A DNA stretch of 64,000 nt, taken from Octopus vulgaris. Lineage: Eukaryota. The DNA lies in assembly GCA_951406725.2 (NCBI GenBank), contig OX597827.1, forward strand, positions 61,628,001 through 61,692,000, written 5' to 3'. Position numbers and translations under genes: made by a program. Under the pieces are notes generated by a model. It had not been told where the DNA came from. It ran no database searches and saw only the letters and a list, made by a program, of their open reading frames with translations. Below are positions 49,169 to 63,415 of the stretch, one piece after another (positions within the stretch are counted from its first letter, which is position 1; each line of letters begins with the position of its first letter).

Positions 49169-51013
49169 GTCAGTTTTGGCATGTTTCCTATGGCTGGAAT
49201 CCTTTCCTAATGCCAAGCTAACGTTCCTTATGACCAGTGTGTACTGAGTGCTTCTTTTTACATGTCATAGCACTAGTGAGCTATTCAAGTAAGTCGCAAG
49301 GCATTAAAAGAACAGAAAAGGGAAAAAGTCCTCATGACTATGGGAGGAAAGGAGAATATTAAGGATGGAGGGGTGGCTATATGCCAGGTCCTGGAAGGCT
49401 AAAGTATGACAGAAAGACAAGCACTTCTCATGATCTCTAAAACACATGCATCTCTCTCTCTAATGACACCAGTGATTGCAAGAAAACTATCATGCGGTCG
49501 TTGTTCAGTAGGTTGCTTTTTCAAAGAGATGTTCAGAATGGCCTGTAACATATGGATGTAAGCACCATCAAACCTTACTGCTTGATGATTCACTTGGTGA
49601 ATATCCAAACTACAATAAGACAGAAGAAACATTTTTAAAGATCTCTTGGCAGCAATGACTTTCATATAGCACCAAGGCCATTAAGAACAGCTCACATTTT
49701 TGTATACTCTTTTACTCTTGTACTTGTTTCAATCATTTGACTGCGGCCATGCTGGAGCACCACCTTTAGTCGAGCAAATCAACCCCAGGACTTATTCTTT
49801 GTAAGCCTAGTACTTATTCTATCAATCTCTTTTGCTAAACCGCTAAGTTACGGGGACGTAAACACATCAGCATCGGTTGTCAAGCAATGCTGGGGGGACA
49901 AACACAGACACACAAACACACACACACACACACATACATATATATATACATATACATATATATGAGGGGCTTCTTTCAGTTTCCGTCTACCAAATCCACT
50001 CACAAGGCTTTGGTTGGCCCGAGGCTATAGTAGAAGACACTTGCCCAAGGTGCCATGCATTGGGACTGAACCCAGAACCATGTGGTTGGTAAGCAAGCTA
50101 CTTACCACACATTCACTCCTGTGCCTATATGACATTTTTTTGCACTTTTTTCTGTGAATGTGATGTAACTTCTTAAGTATATTTAAGAAGTATCCTTTGA
50201 TGCCATTACTCTCATGCAAGCCAACAAGGAAGCTTCCATGTGGATGAATGGACTGCAGAAATTGCACATAAATCTAAACTGTCTACCCTCTTTAAAATTA
50301 TGGCCATATTTTTGGTCAAAATGCTAACAATAAAAGCAGAACATTCATAACTAAATTATCCTTTTATACTCTAGGCACAAGGCCTGAAAATTTTAGGGGA
50401 GGAGGTCAGTCGATTAGATCGATCCCAGTATGCAATTGGTACTTAATTTATCGACCCTGAAAAGATGAAAGGCAAAGTCAACCTTAGCAGAATTTGAACT
50501 CAGAATGTAAAGATAGATGAAATACCGCTAAGCATTTCGCCTGGCAGGCTAACGTTTCTGCCACCTTGCCACCTTCATAACTAAATTATTGATGGAACAG
50601 TTACTTATTTGATAACTTCTGTACTGTAACTACCTCTGAAATGTTATAAACAACATATAATTCATCATCATCATTATCATCATTTAGCATTTGTTTACCA
50701 TGCTGGCATGGATTGGATGGTTTGACAAGAGTTACAGAGCTGGAAGACTGCACCAAGATCCAGTGTCTGCTTTGGCATAGTTTCTACATCCGGATGCCTT
50801 TCCTTACACCAACCACTTTACAGAGTGTACTGGGTGCTTTTTACATGGCACTGGTACCAGTAAGATTACCAAGTAGCTCACAAGACGAGACGACTCAACT
50901 GAGGCAAGTGTCATATTGAGGGAGATGACTTTGTGCCAAATAATGTGAGGTTAAAGCATGATAGGACAGAAACAGGTTTATTGCTGTATAAAAGATACAA
51001 GTGATTAATATTA

Positions 51014-51492
51014 CTGTAAATCCTCGATTATAATCGCACTTTTTTCCCAAAATTTAAAGGTCAAAATCCCTAGTGCGTACTATATAATAGGTTAAAAATG
51101 AAAATTATTTTCTAAGCAATGTCTGAGTCTCTATTTGCTGTCTGGCAATGTTTATTCAGACGCATCTTGTGATGTCAGGTGTGAAAATACCTTAAATCAT
51201 CCATAACTTGCAATAAGCAAAATTTATTAAACGTTATTACTGTTACTTCTTTATTTTCTGCAAACAAAATGCACAAAAAAGCTACACGTTTGCATTATGT
51301 TATATATACAATAATAATAAAGGACGTTACCGTATACAGTTTTACAAACCAAGAACATTATATAGACCTCCTTGACTCAAGCTAGAGAAGGGGTATGTAT
51401 TATACATAAGGTTTAGGTTTTTCAGAGGTACAGCTCCCTAAAAATCCCCTGCGTATTATACTCAAGGGCTGACTATACTCAAGGATTTACGG
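51014..51492. mobile_element. pogo-type MITE, TA TSD
   Basis: TA|CTGTAAATCCTCGA ... AGGATTTACGG|TA. Confidence 0.85.
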
Positions 51493-51563
51493 TATTACAA
51501 TAGTGCTGTCCTAAAATAACTCTCACTATACTTTGCTTTCTCTCTCTTTTTTTTCTCTTCTAG

Positions 51564-51696
51564 GTCCATCATATTCATTTTGACGACGAATACAATTCAA
51601 TCAACAAAAATGTATTCCTCCACCAAGAGGGAGAAATCTGGTACATCAGTGCATCGACATTGGATAAAGATATTCTTGCCACTTGTTACAACAAAC
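51564..51696 (+). CDS. EIPR1: EIPR1 exon 3
   Basis: TAG|[44 protein letters not shown]|GTAAGT; 133 nt, ends phase 1. Confidence 0.95.
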
Positions 51697-52119
51697 GTAA
51701 GTCGAATTCCATTCAATTTAGTATCAGGGAGAGACAGAGAAAAAAAAATAAAGGAAAGGAAATAAGGGAAAGGAAATATGGAATTCAGATACTTTTGGAC
51801 ATTAAGATTCCTATTCTTTTATTCTTTTATTATGTTTCAGTCATCTGACTGTGGCCATGCTGGAACACCACCTTTAGTCGAGCAATTCAACCCCAGGACT
51901 TATTCTTTGTAAGCCTGGTATTTATTCTATCGGTCTCTTTGACCACACCACTAAGTTATGGGGATGTAAACACACCAACAATGGTTGTCAAGCAATGGTG
52001 GGGAAGACAAACCCAAACACACACACACACACATACATACATACATATGAATAGTCAAGAAGGACAGCAAAAGAAAATAGCTATATCCTCTTAAACATGA
52101 AATAGGCCTGACTATGGAA

Positions 52120-52388
52120 AATGATGAAGGTGAAGATAATGCGAATTATTGTTGGGTCCTTGGGGACAGCGTCAGAAGGCATCAAGAGAAATATAAAGGA
52201 AACTAGGGTAGAGTGTCCAGTAGAACTGTTTGAAAAGGTTTGCTTCCTTGGCATGGTCAGAATAATCAGGAAAGTTCTAGATAGTTGAAAAGAACAGATA
52301 CCATAGGCTGGAGGTAGCAATCCTGCTATGCATGCAAGGCTCCAGCAGTTCCAACAAAACCTGAATTAAAAATAATAACAATGATAAT
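52120..52388 (+). mobile_element. R4/Dong-like (RLE) LINE 3' remnant
   Basis: KVKIMRIIVGSLGT..LFEKVCFLGMVRIIRKVLDS* resembles the RLE-clade C-terminus; (AAT)n-like tail. Confidence 0.6.
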
Positions 52389-52886
52389 CCTTTCTACTAT
52401 TGGTACAAGGCCTGAAATTTTGGTGGAGGTGGGAGGCTAGTCGATTATATTGACCCCAGTACTCAACTGGTACTTATTTCATTGATCCCATAAGATTGAA
52501 AAGCAAAGTCAACCTCAGCAAAATTCGAACTCCGAAGAAATCCCAAAGCATTTTGTCTGCTGTGCTAAGAATTCAATTCTGACAGCTTGCTGCCTCATCA
52601 TCATCATCATCATCATCATCATTTAGCGTCCGCTTTCCATGCTAGCATGGGTTGGACGGTTCAACTGGGGTCTGGGAAGCCAGAAGGCTGCATCAGGCCC
52701 AGTCTGATCTGGCAGTGTTTCTACGGCTGGATGCCCTTCCTAACGCCAACCACTCCGTGAGTGTAGTGGGTGCTTTTTACGTGCCACCTGCACAGGTGCC
52801 AGACGGGGCTGGCAAATGGCCTAAATAATAATAATAATGATAAAATAATAATTTTGACCTTAATAATATTTCATTTGTATTTTTAG

Positions 52887-53034
52887 ATGTTGACTCAAAG
52901 ATTGAAGTCCAGGCTGCTTTATGGAGGCTACCAACCAATTTAAATGACAATTTTACTGAGGAACCCTCTAACAGCCATCGACCACTTAAATTATTGTGTC
53001 CTCTTGACTTTTCTGAATATGGTGAAATCAAGTG
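52887..53034 (+). CDS. EIPR1: EIPR1 exon 4
   Basis: TTTTAG|..VDSKIEVQAALWRLP..LKLLCPLDFSEYGEIK|GTAAGC; phases fit both neighbours. Confidence 0.93.
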
Positions 53035-53723
53035 GTAAGCTGACATTTTCATCGTCTAACAGTGCAAATAGCTATGTTGTTGGTTATAAGACACTTCGAC
53101 TATCATCATCATCATCATCCATATTTCCATGGTTGCACAGATCAGGTGTAATTTGTTGAAGCAGATGTTTTTTTCAGCCAGATGTGCTAGTAGTGTGCCA
53201 ATCCGAACGCGATCGTTGCCAGAGCAACCAACTGGCTTCCGTACCCATGGCACGTAAAAGGGCACCATTCGAGAGTGATCGTTACCAACGTCGCTTCACT
53301 AGCACCTGTGCCAGTGGCACGTGTGAAAAGATTCGAGCGAGGTCGTTGCCAGTACTACCTGACTGGCCCCCGTGCCGGTGGCACGTAAAAAGCACCCACT
53401 ACACTTTTGGAGTGGTTGCCGTTAGGAAGGGCATCCAGCTGTAGAAACTCTGCCAGATCAAGATTGGGGCCAGGTGCAGCCATCTGGTTTGCCAGCTCAG
53501 TCAAAATCGTCCAACCCATGCTAGCATGGAAAGCAGACGTTAAACGATGATGATGATGATGGTGCCCTTCTTGTCACTAAGCTTTACCTATTTCCAGACA
53601 ATTCTCCAAAGGTAGACATGTTTTTCACAGAAGATTGGAAGTAAACAACATGGCTTGTATGACAGTGAGGCTCACTTACAACTATCATGTGATGTCATAA
53701 ACACAAACACACACAATCACACT

Positions 53724-53782
<59 letters not shown>

Positions 53783-54059
53783 GCATTCATATATATATAT
53801 ATGTATTATTTCTTTACTGCTCACAAGGGGCTACATACAGAGGGGACAAACAAGGACAGACAAATGGATTAAGTCGATTATATCGACCCCAGTGCCTAAC
53901 TGGTACTTATTTAATTGACCCCGAAAGGATGAAAGGCAAAGTTGACCTCGGCAGAATTTGAACTCAGAACGTAGCGGCAGACGAAATACCGCTAAGCATT
54001 TCGCCCGGCGTGCTAACGTTTCTGCCAGCTCGCCACCTTAATATATATGTGTGTGCGTG

Positions 54060-54096
<37 letters not shown>

Positions 54097-55660
54097 ATAT
54101 ACACACACACACGTGTGTATGTGTATGTACAGTCATGTGATATCAAGACAAGGAGACACATAAACACTCACTCATTTGCACACACATACACACACTGACA
54201 TACATACATATAGTGAACTTCTTTCAGTTTCTGTTTACCAAATCCACTTACAGGGTTTTGGTCAGCCCAGACCTATAGTGAAAAGCATTTACCCAAGGTG
54301 CAATGTAGTGGAACTGAACCCAGAATTGTGGTTAGAAAGCAAACTTCTTAATTCTTGCCAGCATGGAAAACAGATGTCAAATAATGACGATGAGGCAGAG
54401 GATGACAGACATATGTTTGTGCTTCTATATTCTATATGCATTTCTATAATCCACTATAAAAAGAAAACTTGGCACTCTGTCACTTCTAACAACAAGTGTT
54501 CTAGTTGATCTGATCAACAGAACAGCCTGCTAGTAAAATTAATGTGCAAGTAGCTGAGCACTCCACAGACATATGTGCCCTTAACTAGGGCGGTGAGCTG
54601 GCAGAATCGTTAGCACGTCAGGCGAAACATTTAGCGGTATTTCTTCTGCCGTTACGTTCTGAGTTCAAATTCCGCCGAGGTCGACTTTGCCCTTCATCTT
54701 TTTGGGGTCGATTAAATAAGTACCAGTTATGCACTGGGGTCGATGTAATTGACTTCATCCCTTTGTCTGTTCTTGTTTGTCCCCTCTATGTTTAGCCCTC
54801 TGTGGGCAATAAATAACTATATGTACCCTTAACTCATTAGTGCCCAAATTTTTTTATTTGATTTATTACCAAAGATCTTTTTTATACAACTTTGTCTGAT
54901 ACTCTTTACTCTACTCTTTTACTCTATTACTTGTTTCAGTCATTTGACTGCGGCCATGCTGGAGCACCGCCTTTAGTCAAGCAAATCGACCCCAGGACTT
55001 TTCTTTGTAAGCTTAGTACTTATTCTATCAGTGTATTTCTCAAGGACACGACATGCCACCAGGAATTGAACTCACAACCCCATGATCATGAACCGAATCC
55101 TCTAATCACTAAACCATGCACCTTCACATCCTCCTCATCTGTTTCTATACAGCATATATTTATTTATATTTCCTCCGTGTATTTCTATTCCTCCCTAACC
55201 ACTTAAGTGTTCATATCTTCTGTAGAGTGAAGGTGCATGGCTCAGTGGTTAGAACGTCAGGCTTACAATCACGAGGTAGTAAGTTCGATTCCCAGACTGG
55301 GCTGTGTGTTGTGTTCTTGAGCAAGATACTTTATCTCACATTGTTCCAGTTCACTCAGCTGCAAAAATGAGTTGCGACACCATTGATACCAAGCTTTGCC
55401 TTTCCCTTGGATACCATCGGTGGCATGGAGAGGAGAGGCTAATATACATGGGCGACAGCTGGTCTTCCAGAAACAATCTTGCCCAGACTTGAACCTCGGA
55501 GGGGAACTTTCTACATACAATCCAAAAGAGGGTCTTTACCCTATAGGAAGCCACCTCTATGTATCACAACTGTCCCAAATACTGTTATATTCACATGGCT
55601 TTGAATCTATCAATATCTTACAAGCTGACTTTACATCTGTCATTTTTCATTTTCTTACAG

Positions 55661-55760
55661 TCTACTATGGCACCCCACTGGAGAAGAAAATACTCTACTA
55701 GGATTAGCTGATAACCATATTCTGCTCTGGGATCTCGATGTGGCCTCTGCTTCTGCAAAG
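55661..55760 (+). CDS. EIPR1: EIPR1 exon 5
   Basis: TTACAG|..LLWHPTGEENTLLGLADNHILLWDLDVASASAK|GTGAAC. Confidence 0.95.
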
Positions 55761-56716
55761 GTGAACTTGCATTTATTTGTGTTTTCTTATATTTGTTTTG
55801 TTGATTACCTGTTTGCTTTTTGATTCTTTCATCATCGCAACTAAAATACACACGATTACCAAATACTAAATATTTTGAGAATTTTGTAATCGGTAAGCAA
55901 AAATTTTTTTTTCTAATTAAAACATGCATAGGCGTAGGAGTGGCTGTGTGGTAAGTAGCTTGCTTACTTACCACATGGTTCCAAGTTCAGTCCCACTGCG
56001 TGGCACCTTGGGCGAGTGTCTTCTACTATAGACTCGGGTCGACCAAAGCCTTATGAGTGGATTCGGTAGATGGAAGCTGAAAGAAGCCTGTCGTATATAT
56101 GTATGTATATATATATATATATATATATGTGTGTATATGTTTGTGTGTCTGTGTGTTTGTCCCCCCAACATCGCTTGACAACCGATGCTGGTGTGTTTAC
56201 ATCCCTGTAACTTAGCAGTTTGGCAAAAGAGACCAATAGAATAAGTACTAGGCTTACAAAGAATAAGTCCTGGGGTCGATTTGCTCGACTACAGGCGGTG
56301 CCCTGGCATGGCCACAGTCATGTACCGAATGTAATGAAAAATGCTTTACATTGGAAACCGGATGGATATAGAAGGAGAGGTAAGCCTAAGAACTCATGGT
56401 GGAGATCAACATAATAGGAACTAGATAAAGGGGGACATTCATGGCAGAGTATAAATACAGAAGCGGAAAATTATGCGACATGGAATTCAACTATAAGTGG
56501 CCTATACTCCGCGTTGGAGGATTAAAGGCAGGAAAAAAAAAATATATATGGAGGCACCAAAATGCTTTAAGTGTTTAGGCCTTTATAGATCTTAATTTGG
56601 CTCTGTTGCCAGCTCACCATCTTGGTAAGCTTCATAATTATGCTGTACAATATGTATGTACTACTTTGATTTCCCATTCATTATATAAATATAAATTGCT
56701 ATTGTTTTGGTTGTAG

Positions 56717-56853
56717 ATTTTTAGTTCAGCCTCTATAGAAGCAAGAGGCCAACCAAAGATGACTGCAGCTAAATGGAATCCGCATCACAAATGCTCTCAG
56801 GTTGCCACAGCCAATGATACCACAATTCGGGGATGGGACTTACGATCAATGAA
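56717..56853 (+). CDS. EIPR1: EIPR1 exon 6
   Basis: TGTAG|[45 protein letters not shown]|GTTAGT. Confidence 0.95.
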
Positions 56854-57432
56854 GTTAGTAACAAATTCTTTTTGCTTTGTGTATACTTCTAACAGAAGTC
56901 TTATTCTGAATGTTTGTAGTTTCTATATATTCTGTTTTTTTATAGGATCATTTTATGAATGTATGGGGAAGGCATGAGATGGCTTTTTTGGCAAGCTATT
57001 TTGGTGCTAACTTTTTGGTGTCAGTGATTCGATGCTGACTTATTTGACATCAGACATTTTAATGTTTGTGTCACTCTCCCTTTTTTCTGTCTTCCTTTTC
57101 TCTCTTTTTTCTCTTTCCTTTCTCTTCCTCTCTTTGTTTATTTGTGTGATCTTCTATTTATGTTTGTATGTATTCATACTGTTTCTCTTATTCTTCCTCT
57201 CTTTCTCTACTTGTGTAAGTGAGCATCTAGCTATGTTTGTATATATGTGTCAAGTCTCTGTCTCTCCCTCTACCTCCTCATATCTCACTCTCTCCATCTG
57301 TATATCTATATTTCTGCACATGTATGACTCTAATGCCAAAACAGATTCAGTATCCAGTTAGCCACGTCAGTGTCCAAACAGCTGCTCACAATCATTCATT
57401 CTGGTATGGAAAAGCCTCTATGAGGCCATACA

Positions 57433-57678
57433 ATCATCATCATCATTGTTCGACCGTGGTCAAGACAATGGAATTTACCATGCTACGCCAGACTTCACGG
57501 TCCATCATAGCATTACGGAGGTCCTGTTGCTGGATGCCTGAATCCCTGGAGATTACATCAGGGTAGGAGAGTGTGCGCCCTCTGGTATTGCGAGTAGATG
57601 GCTTCCAGAGGAGAAGAGTAGAAATTACTTCTTTTTCAGCTCCACAACAATGTCCAGCAAACTGGACTCTCCTACCTA
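57433..57678 (-). mobile_element. RTE-clade LINE 3' fragment
   Basis: Minus strand RRVQFAGHC..LLLWKPS..RGRTLSYPDVISRD..AMMDREVWRSMV..* followed by a (TGA)n tail. Confidence 0.8.
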
Positions 57679-58389
57679 GAAATAATAGCTAAATCTCTCT
57701 GAAATCACACCCTACAACTCTAAAAACTAAAGTTCATGTTAGATAATTATTCGTAGTTACATTTTTATCTGAAAAAAATGTCAGAATTAACATGGCTAAG
57801 ATGTGTTTGATTCTAGCATCTGTTTGATCAGGAGCCAAGACTAACTAGAAATATCTTCTTAGAATTCTGGTACAATTCCTAATGTTCCTGAATTTCTATA
57901 ATTCTATCACCATGTTTATTGAACCGAATATTTTTTAAACTTTTTAGTCACAAATAGAAGGGCATATGCTTATGTTTGTACTCGACGTAACTTAGCAGTT
58001 CAGCAAAAGTGATTGATAGAATAAATACCAGGCTTTAAAAATAAGTACTGGACTCAGTTTGTTTGGCTAAATTCTTCAAGATACTGCCCCAGCATGGCAC
58101 AGTCCAGTGACTGAAACAAGTAAAAGAAAAGATAAAAGAGAAGCCTGTTGTATCTTTATCATTTATGCTTGTTTCAGTCACTAGACTGTGGCCATGCTGG
58201 GGCAATACCTTGAAGAGTTTAGTCAAACGAATGAACCCCAGTATTTTTTTTTTTTCAGTCTGGTGCTTAGTTTGTTGATCCCTTGCTGAACTGTTAAGTT
58301 ACAGGGACATAAACCAAACAACACCAGTTATCAAGTGGTGGTTGTGGATAAACACAAAACACAAACAAACACACACATATACTTGTATA

Positions 58390-59046
58390 CCTTAAATCCT
58401 CGAGTATAGTCCGCCCTTGAGTATATTACGCAGGGGATTTTTAGGGGGCTGTACCTCTGAAAAACCTAAACCTCATGTATAATACGCACCCCTTCTCTAA
58501 CTCGAGTCAAGGTCTATATAACGTCCTTGGTTTGTAAAAATGTATATGGTAACGTCCTTTATTATTATTGTATCATCATCATCATCATCATCGTTTAACG
58601 TCCGTTCTCCATGCTAGCATGGGTTGGACGGTTCGACGGGGGATCTGGGAAGCCAGAAGGCTGCACCAGGCTCCAGTCTTATCTGGCAATGTTTCTACAG
58701 CTGGATGCCCTTCCTAACGCCAACCACTCCGTGAGTGTATATATAATATAATGCAAACGTGTAGCTTTCTTGTGCATTTTGTTTGCAGAAAATAAAGAAA
58801 TAACAGTAATGTTTAATAAATGTTGCTTACTGCAAGTTATGAATGATTCTTTTATGACTTCATTGCTTTCAGGCTTACCTTAAGGTATTTTCGCACCCGA
58901 CATCACAACATGCGTCTGAATAAACATTGCCGGACAGCAAATAGAGACTTGGACATTGCTTAGAAAATAATTTTCATTTTTAGCCTCGTGTATAATACAC
59001 TCTAGGGATTTTGAAAAAAATGCGGATTATACTCGAGGATTTACGG
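58390..59046. mobile_element. pogo-type MITE with a SINE inserted at ~58574-58738
   Basis: TA|CCTTAAATCCTCGAGTATAG ... TATACTCGAGGATTTACGG|TA. Confidence 0.85.
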
Positions 59047-59108
59047 TACATTTGAATGTGGAAATGACTTCTCTGTATGTCCTGTTATTTGGTTGTCTTA
59101 TTTTCCAG

Positions 59109-59276
59109 ACAAGTGTATGTTATTGAAAATGCTCATGGTCAGCTAGTCCGAGACTTGGATTTCAACCCTAATAAGCAGTACTGTTTTGTCAGTTGTGGAG
59201 ATGACTGCAAGGTCAAGTTCTGGGATGTTCGAAATTCTAATAGTCCACTGAAGATTCTAACTGACCATTCTCATTG
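59109..59276 (+). CDS. EIPR1: EIPR1 exon 7
   Basis: TTCCAG|..[46 protein letters not shown]|GTAAGC. Confidence 0.96.
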
Positions 59277-59873
59277 GTAAGCAGCTGTCTCTTGAACGTT
59301 TCTACCATTTTGTACCTTATTGTCAATCATAAACTTTTTTCATTTAAACAAACAACAAAGATTCTTCCAAAAAAGATAGAAAAAATATTCTTCATTCCAT
59401 CCATCCATCTTTTCTTGGAGGTCATGGGGGTGGGGGTCCTCAGGCCCCCTCCTCCATAGGGTCCTGTTAAAAGCAAACATCATTACACTTTGTGACTGGA
59501 TTCCTAAGCATGACCAACTGAGATTATGGATATTATTCAGCTGTCCCATTTTCGGGCCACTTCAAGGTCTCCTGCCAGTAAGTTGGCTTACTTGAAGAAT
59601 CCATCTTGCAATTCATTCCTGTCACATGTCTGTAGTACCAGAGTTGTGACCTCTCAATGCAGAGAAGCAGCTGCTCAACCTAGAGAGACTCCTTGATCTC
59701 CAAGCTACATACCCTCTCTAGTAACAATCCAGGACAAATCAAGACTAGACTATGTACAATGTAAAGAGGATCAATCAGTCATTAGACTGTGGCCATGCTG
59801 GGGCACCGCCATGAAAACTTGTTTTCATTGAATGAATCAACCCCGGTACTTTGTTCAGCCTGAGGTTATAGTA

Positions 59874-60439
59874 TTGGGTTGTCCGGAAAGTTCATGCTGA
59901 TTTATAGTAGCTTACCTTTCAACTTATTTTAGAACATGGTTGAGTCCATAAAATAGGATTTGACTACACCTCCATTTAGAGCACAGTTTAAGCTATCTTT
60001 TCATCGTAAAAGGTGTATGTTCCTATAACCTGTGTTAATTCTGTAACCCTTTAAAATGGAAGATAAGAAAGTTCATTTTCGGCACTTGATACTTTGGGAA
60101 CCAGACAAAAATTTCTGCAGCTTGGCTGGGATGTGTTACCCCACCCTCCATATTCACCAGACATTGTTCCTTCGGATTTCCACTTATTCAGGTCTCTGCA
60201 GAATAGTCTTAATGGTAAAAATTTCAATTCCTTGAATGATGTAAAAAGATACCTTGATGAATTCTTTGTTATGAAACCACCTCAAATCTGGGAAGAGGGT
60301 ATTTTCAAGGTAAAGGAAAGATGGAGATGCATTGTGCAACAAAATGGTTCATATTTGGTTGATTAAAAACGTAATGGCAAGTATTTATTGACCTTTCTCT
60401 TTCCTTTAAAAATCGGCACAAACTTTTCGGAAAACCCAA
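59874..60439 (+). mobile_element. internally deleted mariner element
   Basis: TA|TTGGGTTGTCCGGAAAGTT ... AACTTTTCGGAAAACCCAA|TA; N-terminal MEDKKVHFRHLILWE fused to C-terminal HPPYSPDIVPSDFHLF. Confidence 0.9.
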
Positions 60440-60800
60440 TATAAGACACTTGTCCAAGGCGCCACATAGTGGGGCTGAACCCAGAACCATGAAGTTTGGA
60501 AGCAAGCTCTTACCACTTAGCCATGCCTGTGCCTATAAAGCCACACATCATCATCATCGTTTAACGTCCGTTCTCCATGCTAGCATGGGTTGGACGGTTC
60601 AACTGGGATCTGTGAAGCCAGAAGGCTGCACCAGGCTCCAGTCTTATCTGGCAATGTTTCTACAGCTGGATGCCCTTCCTAATGCCAACCACTCCGTGAG
60701 TGTAGTGGGTGCTTTTTACGTGCCACCTGCACTGTGCATATAATTCACATCTCTACTTTTTGTCTTTTTTTAAAATTTTTTTTCTTTCTCTCTGTAATAG

Positions 60801-60959
60801 GGTGTGGTCGGTACGTTACAACCATTTCCATGACCAGTTAGTCCTCTCTTCTAGTAGCGACAGCAGAGTCATCCTGAACAACATTGTGTCCCTTTCCTCC
60901 GAACCTTTTGGTTATTTGGTCGAAAGTGAGGACAACAGTGACAACGAAGGCAAAGAAGT
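60801..60959 (+). CDS. EIPR1: EIPR1 exon 8
   Basis: TAATAG|..[41 protein letters not shown]|GTAAGT. Confidence 0.96.
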
Positions 60960-62404
60960 GTAAGTATTCAATTCCTTCTTATTTTGTTCCTCTTCTAGGG
61001 AAAAGAGAAAGGAAGGAAGGAAGGAAGGAAGAAAGTACGTGTATATGTATTGGTGTGGTAAGTAGCTTGCTTACGAACCACATGGTTCCGGGTTCGGTCC
61101 CACTGCGTGGCACCTTGGGCAAGTGCCTTCTGCTATAGCCTCGGGCCAACCAAAGCCTTGTGAGTAGATTTGGCAGATGGAAACTGAAAGAAGCTCACCG
61201 TATATATGTATGTGTGTGTGTCTGTGTTTGTGCCCCCAACATCGTTTGACAACCGATGCTGGTGTGTTTATGTTCCCATAACTTAGTGGTTCGGCAAAAG
61301 AGACCAATAGAATAAGTCCTGGGGTCGATTTGCTCGACTAAAGGCAGTGCTCCAGCATGGCTGCAGTCAAAATCACTGAAACAAGTAAAAAGGTAAAGAG
61401 TATATGTTTATATGTGTCAGTGTGTATGTGTATTTAATTTTATGTAGTTTGTGATAAAGCAAACTGATGGTACTTGAGTTGATTTTGCTTTTCATTCTTC
61501 CGAGATGGATGTCAATAAAATATGTACAAGTATACGGACTAGCTGACCATAGGCGTAGGAGTGGCTGTGTGGTCCCGGGGTCAATTTGCTCGACTAAAGG
61601 TGGTACTCCAGCATGGCCACAGCCATTTATGCGTGATTTCAATGTCACATTTGTTGAAAGCATGCAAAATAAACTGGAGAAGAGAAAACCCACGAAAAAA
61701 ACTCCATTGCTGGGAAACTCAGACTTTCCAAGTGACCCAGCAGGTCATAGGTAGTTTAGTATATATATATATATATATGTATATTCTTTCCTTTATTCTT
61801 GTATTTGTTTCAGTCATTTTGACTGTAGCCATGCTGGAGCACCACGTTTTAGTCAAAGAAATTGACCCCTGGACTTATTCTTTGTAAGCCTGGTACTTAT
61901 TCTATCGGTCTCTTTCACCGAACTGCTAAATTACAGGGGTGTAAACACACCAACATCAGTTGTCAAGCAATGGAGGAGGGACAAACATAGACACAAACAC
62001 ACGACAGACTTCTTTCAGTTTCCATCTACCAAATTCACTCACAAGGCTCCAGTTGACTTGAAGCTATAAGTAGAAGACGCTTGCTCATGGTGCCATCCAG
62101 TGGAACTGAACCTGGAACCATGTAGTTTGGAAGCAAGCTTCTTACCATATAGCCATGCCTGCACCTATATATATAATTTTAATTTTAATGCTGAGGATAC
62201 TTTAGTTCAGTAATATATCTTTCAAGTGATTTTTTTTTTTGGTGGGGGTTCTTTTTAATTCTTTATTCTTATTTTTTAAGCCTGAGAAAGGTAATTAGGG
62301 GTGGGTACTATATTAAATTTTGCACCTCCATAAAAAATTGGGGGGGTGCATTTTCACCCCCTGTACCCAGGCCCTTGTTTTATTTTCATATTCTTGTTCT
62401 GTAG

Positions 62405-62579
62405 GACACGAGAGAAAGTAAATGATGGAGTGATTGCTACCTACGAAGAACATGAAGACAGCGTCTATCGAGTGGACTGGTCCACTGCTGACCCTTGGGT
62501 GTTTGCATCATTGAGCTATGATGGACGTCTTGTTATCAACAGAGTACCAAGGACAGAAAAATACAAGATTCTCTTATGA
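62405..62579 (+). CDS. EIPR1: EIPR1 exon 9 (terminal)
   Basis: CTGTAG|..[50 protein letters not shown]; the nine exons sum to 1146 nt = 381 aa + stop. Confidence 0.96.
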
Positions 62580-62714
62580 TGGTGATAAATATTCCAAAGG
62601 ACCTTAAAGATGGACATGAATACATTCCATGTTACTAAAAAAAAAATAATATTAATAATATACATAAAATATAACAAAAACAGAAAACAAAATTTGCATA
62701 GTTTTTTTTTGTTC

Positions 62715-62720
62715 AATAAA
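62715..62720 (+). promoter_or_regulatory. candidate EIPR1 polyadenylation signal
   Basis: First AATAAA, ~135 nt after the stop codon. Confidence 0.5.
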
Positions 62721-63415
62721 TGATAAATATATATCATGGTTATGTATTGAGTTTGAACCCCCCCAAAAAAGGTGTCAGTATCATCATCACTGTCACCACC
62801 ACCACCTTTACTATTACATCACTATCTCCATCTTTGTTCACATTCCCCCTTTGCGAGCTGATTTTGTTCACTGTTTCAGGGTCAGTAATATTTTAGTTTC
62901 TAATTTTGGCACAAGGCCAGCAATTTTGGAGGAGGGATTTAGTTGATTACCCCCCCCCCCATTCAACTGGTACTTGTTTCATCAAACCTGAAAGAATGAA
63001 AAATAAAGTCAACCTTAGTGGAATTTGAACTCAGAATGCAAAGACATGAAATGCCACTAAGCATTTTACCCAGCATGCTAATGATTCTACCAGTTCACTG
63101 CCTTGTCAGGGTCAATTACTGAGGCCAATATATATAGCCTCGGGCCAACCAAAGCCTTGTCAGTGGATTTGGTAGATGGAAACTGAAAGAAGCCCGTTGT
63201 ATATATATATATATATGTTTGTATCTGTATTTGTCCTCCCAACATCGCTGGTGTCTTTACGTTCCTGTAACTTAGCAGTTTGGCAAAAGAGACTGATAGA
63301 ATAAGTACTAGGCTTACAAAGAATAAGTCCTGGGGTTGATTTGCTCGAATAAAGGCGGTGCTCCAGCATGGCCACAGTCAAATAACTGAAATAAGTAAAA
63401 GAGTAAAGTTCTTTT

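Noticed and set aside
637-63381. Many 60-140-aa ORFs with recurring peptides (SVYQIHSQGFG, FLQLDALPN, FDCGHAGAPP, YIYIYI)
   Set aside because: They are translations of SINE copies and microsatellites, not genes.
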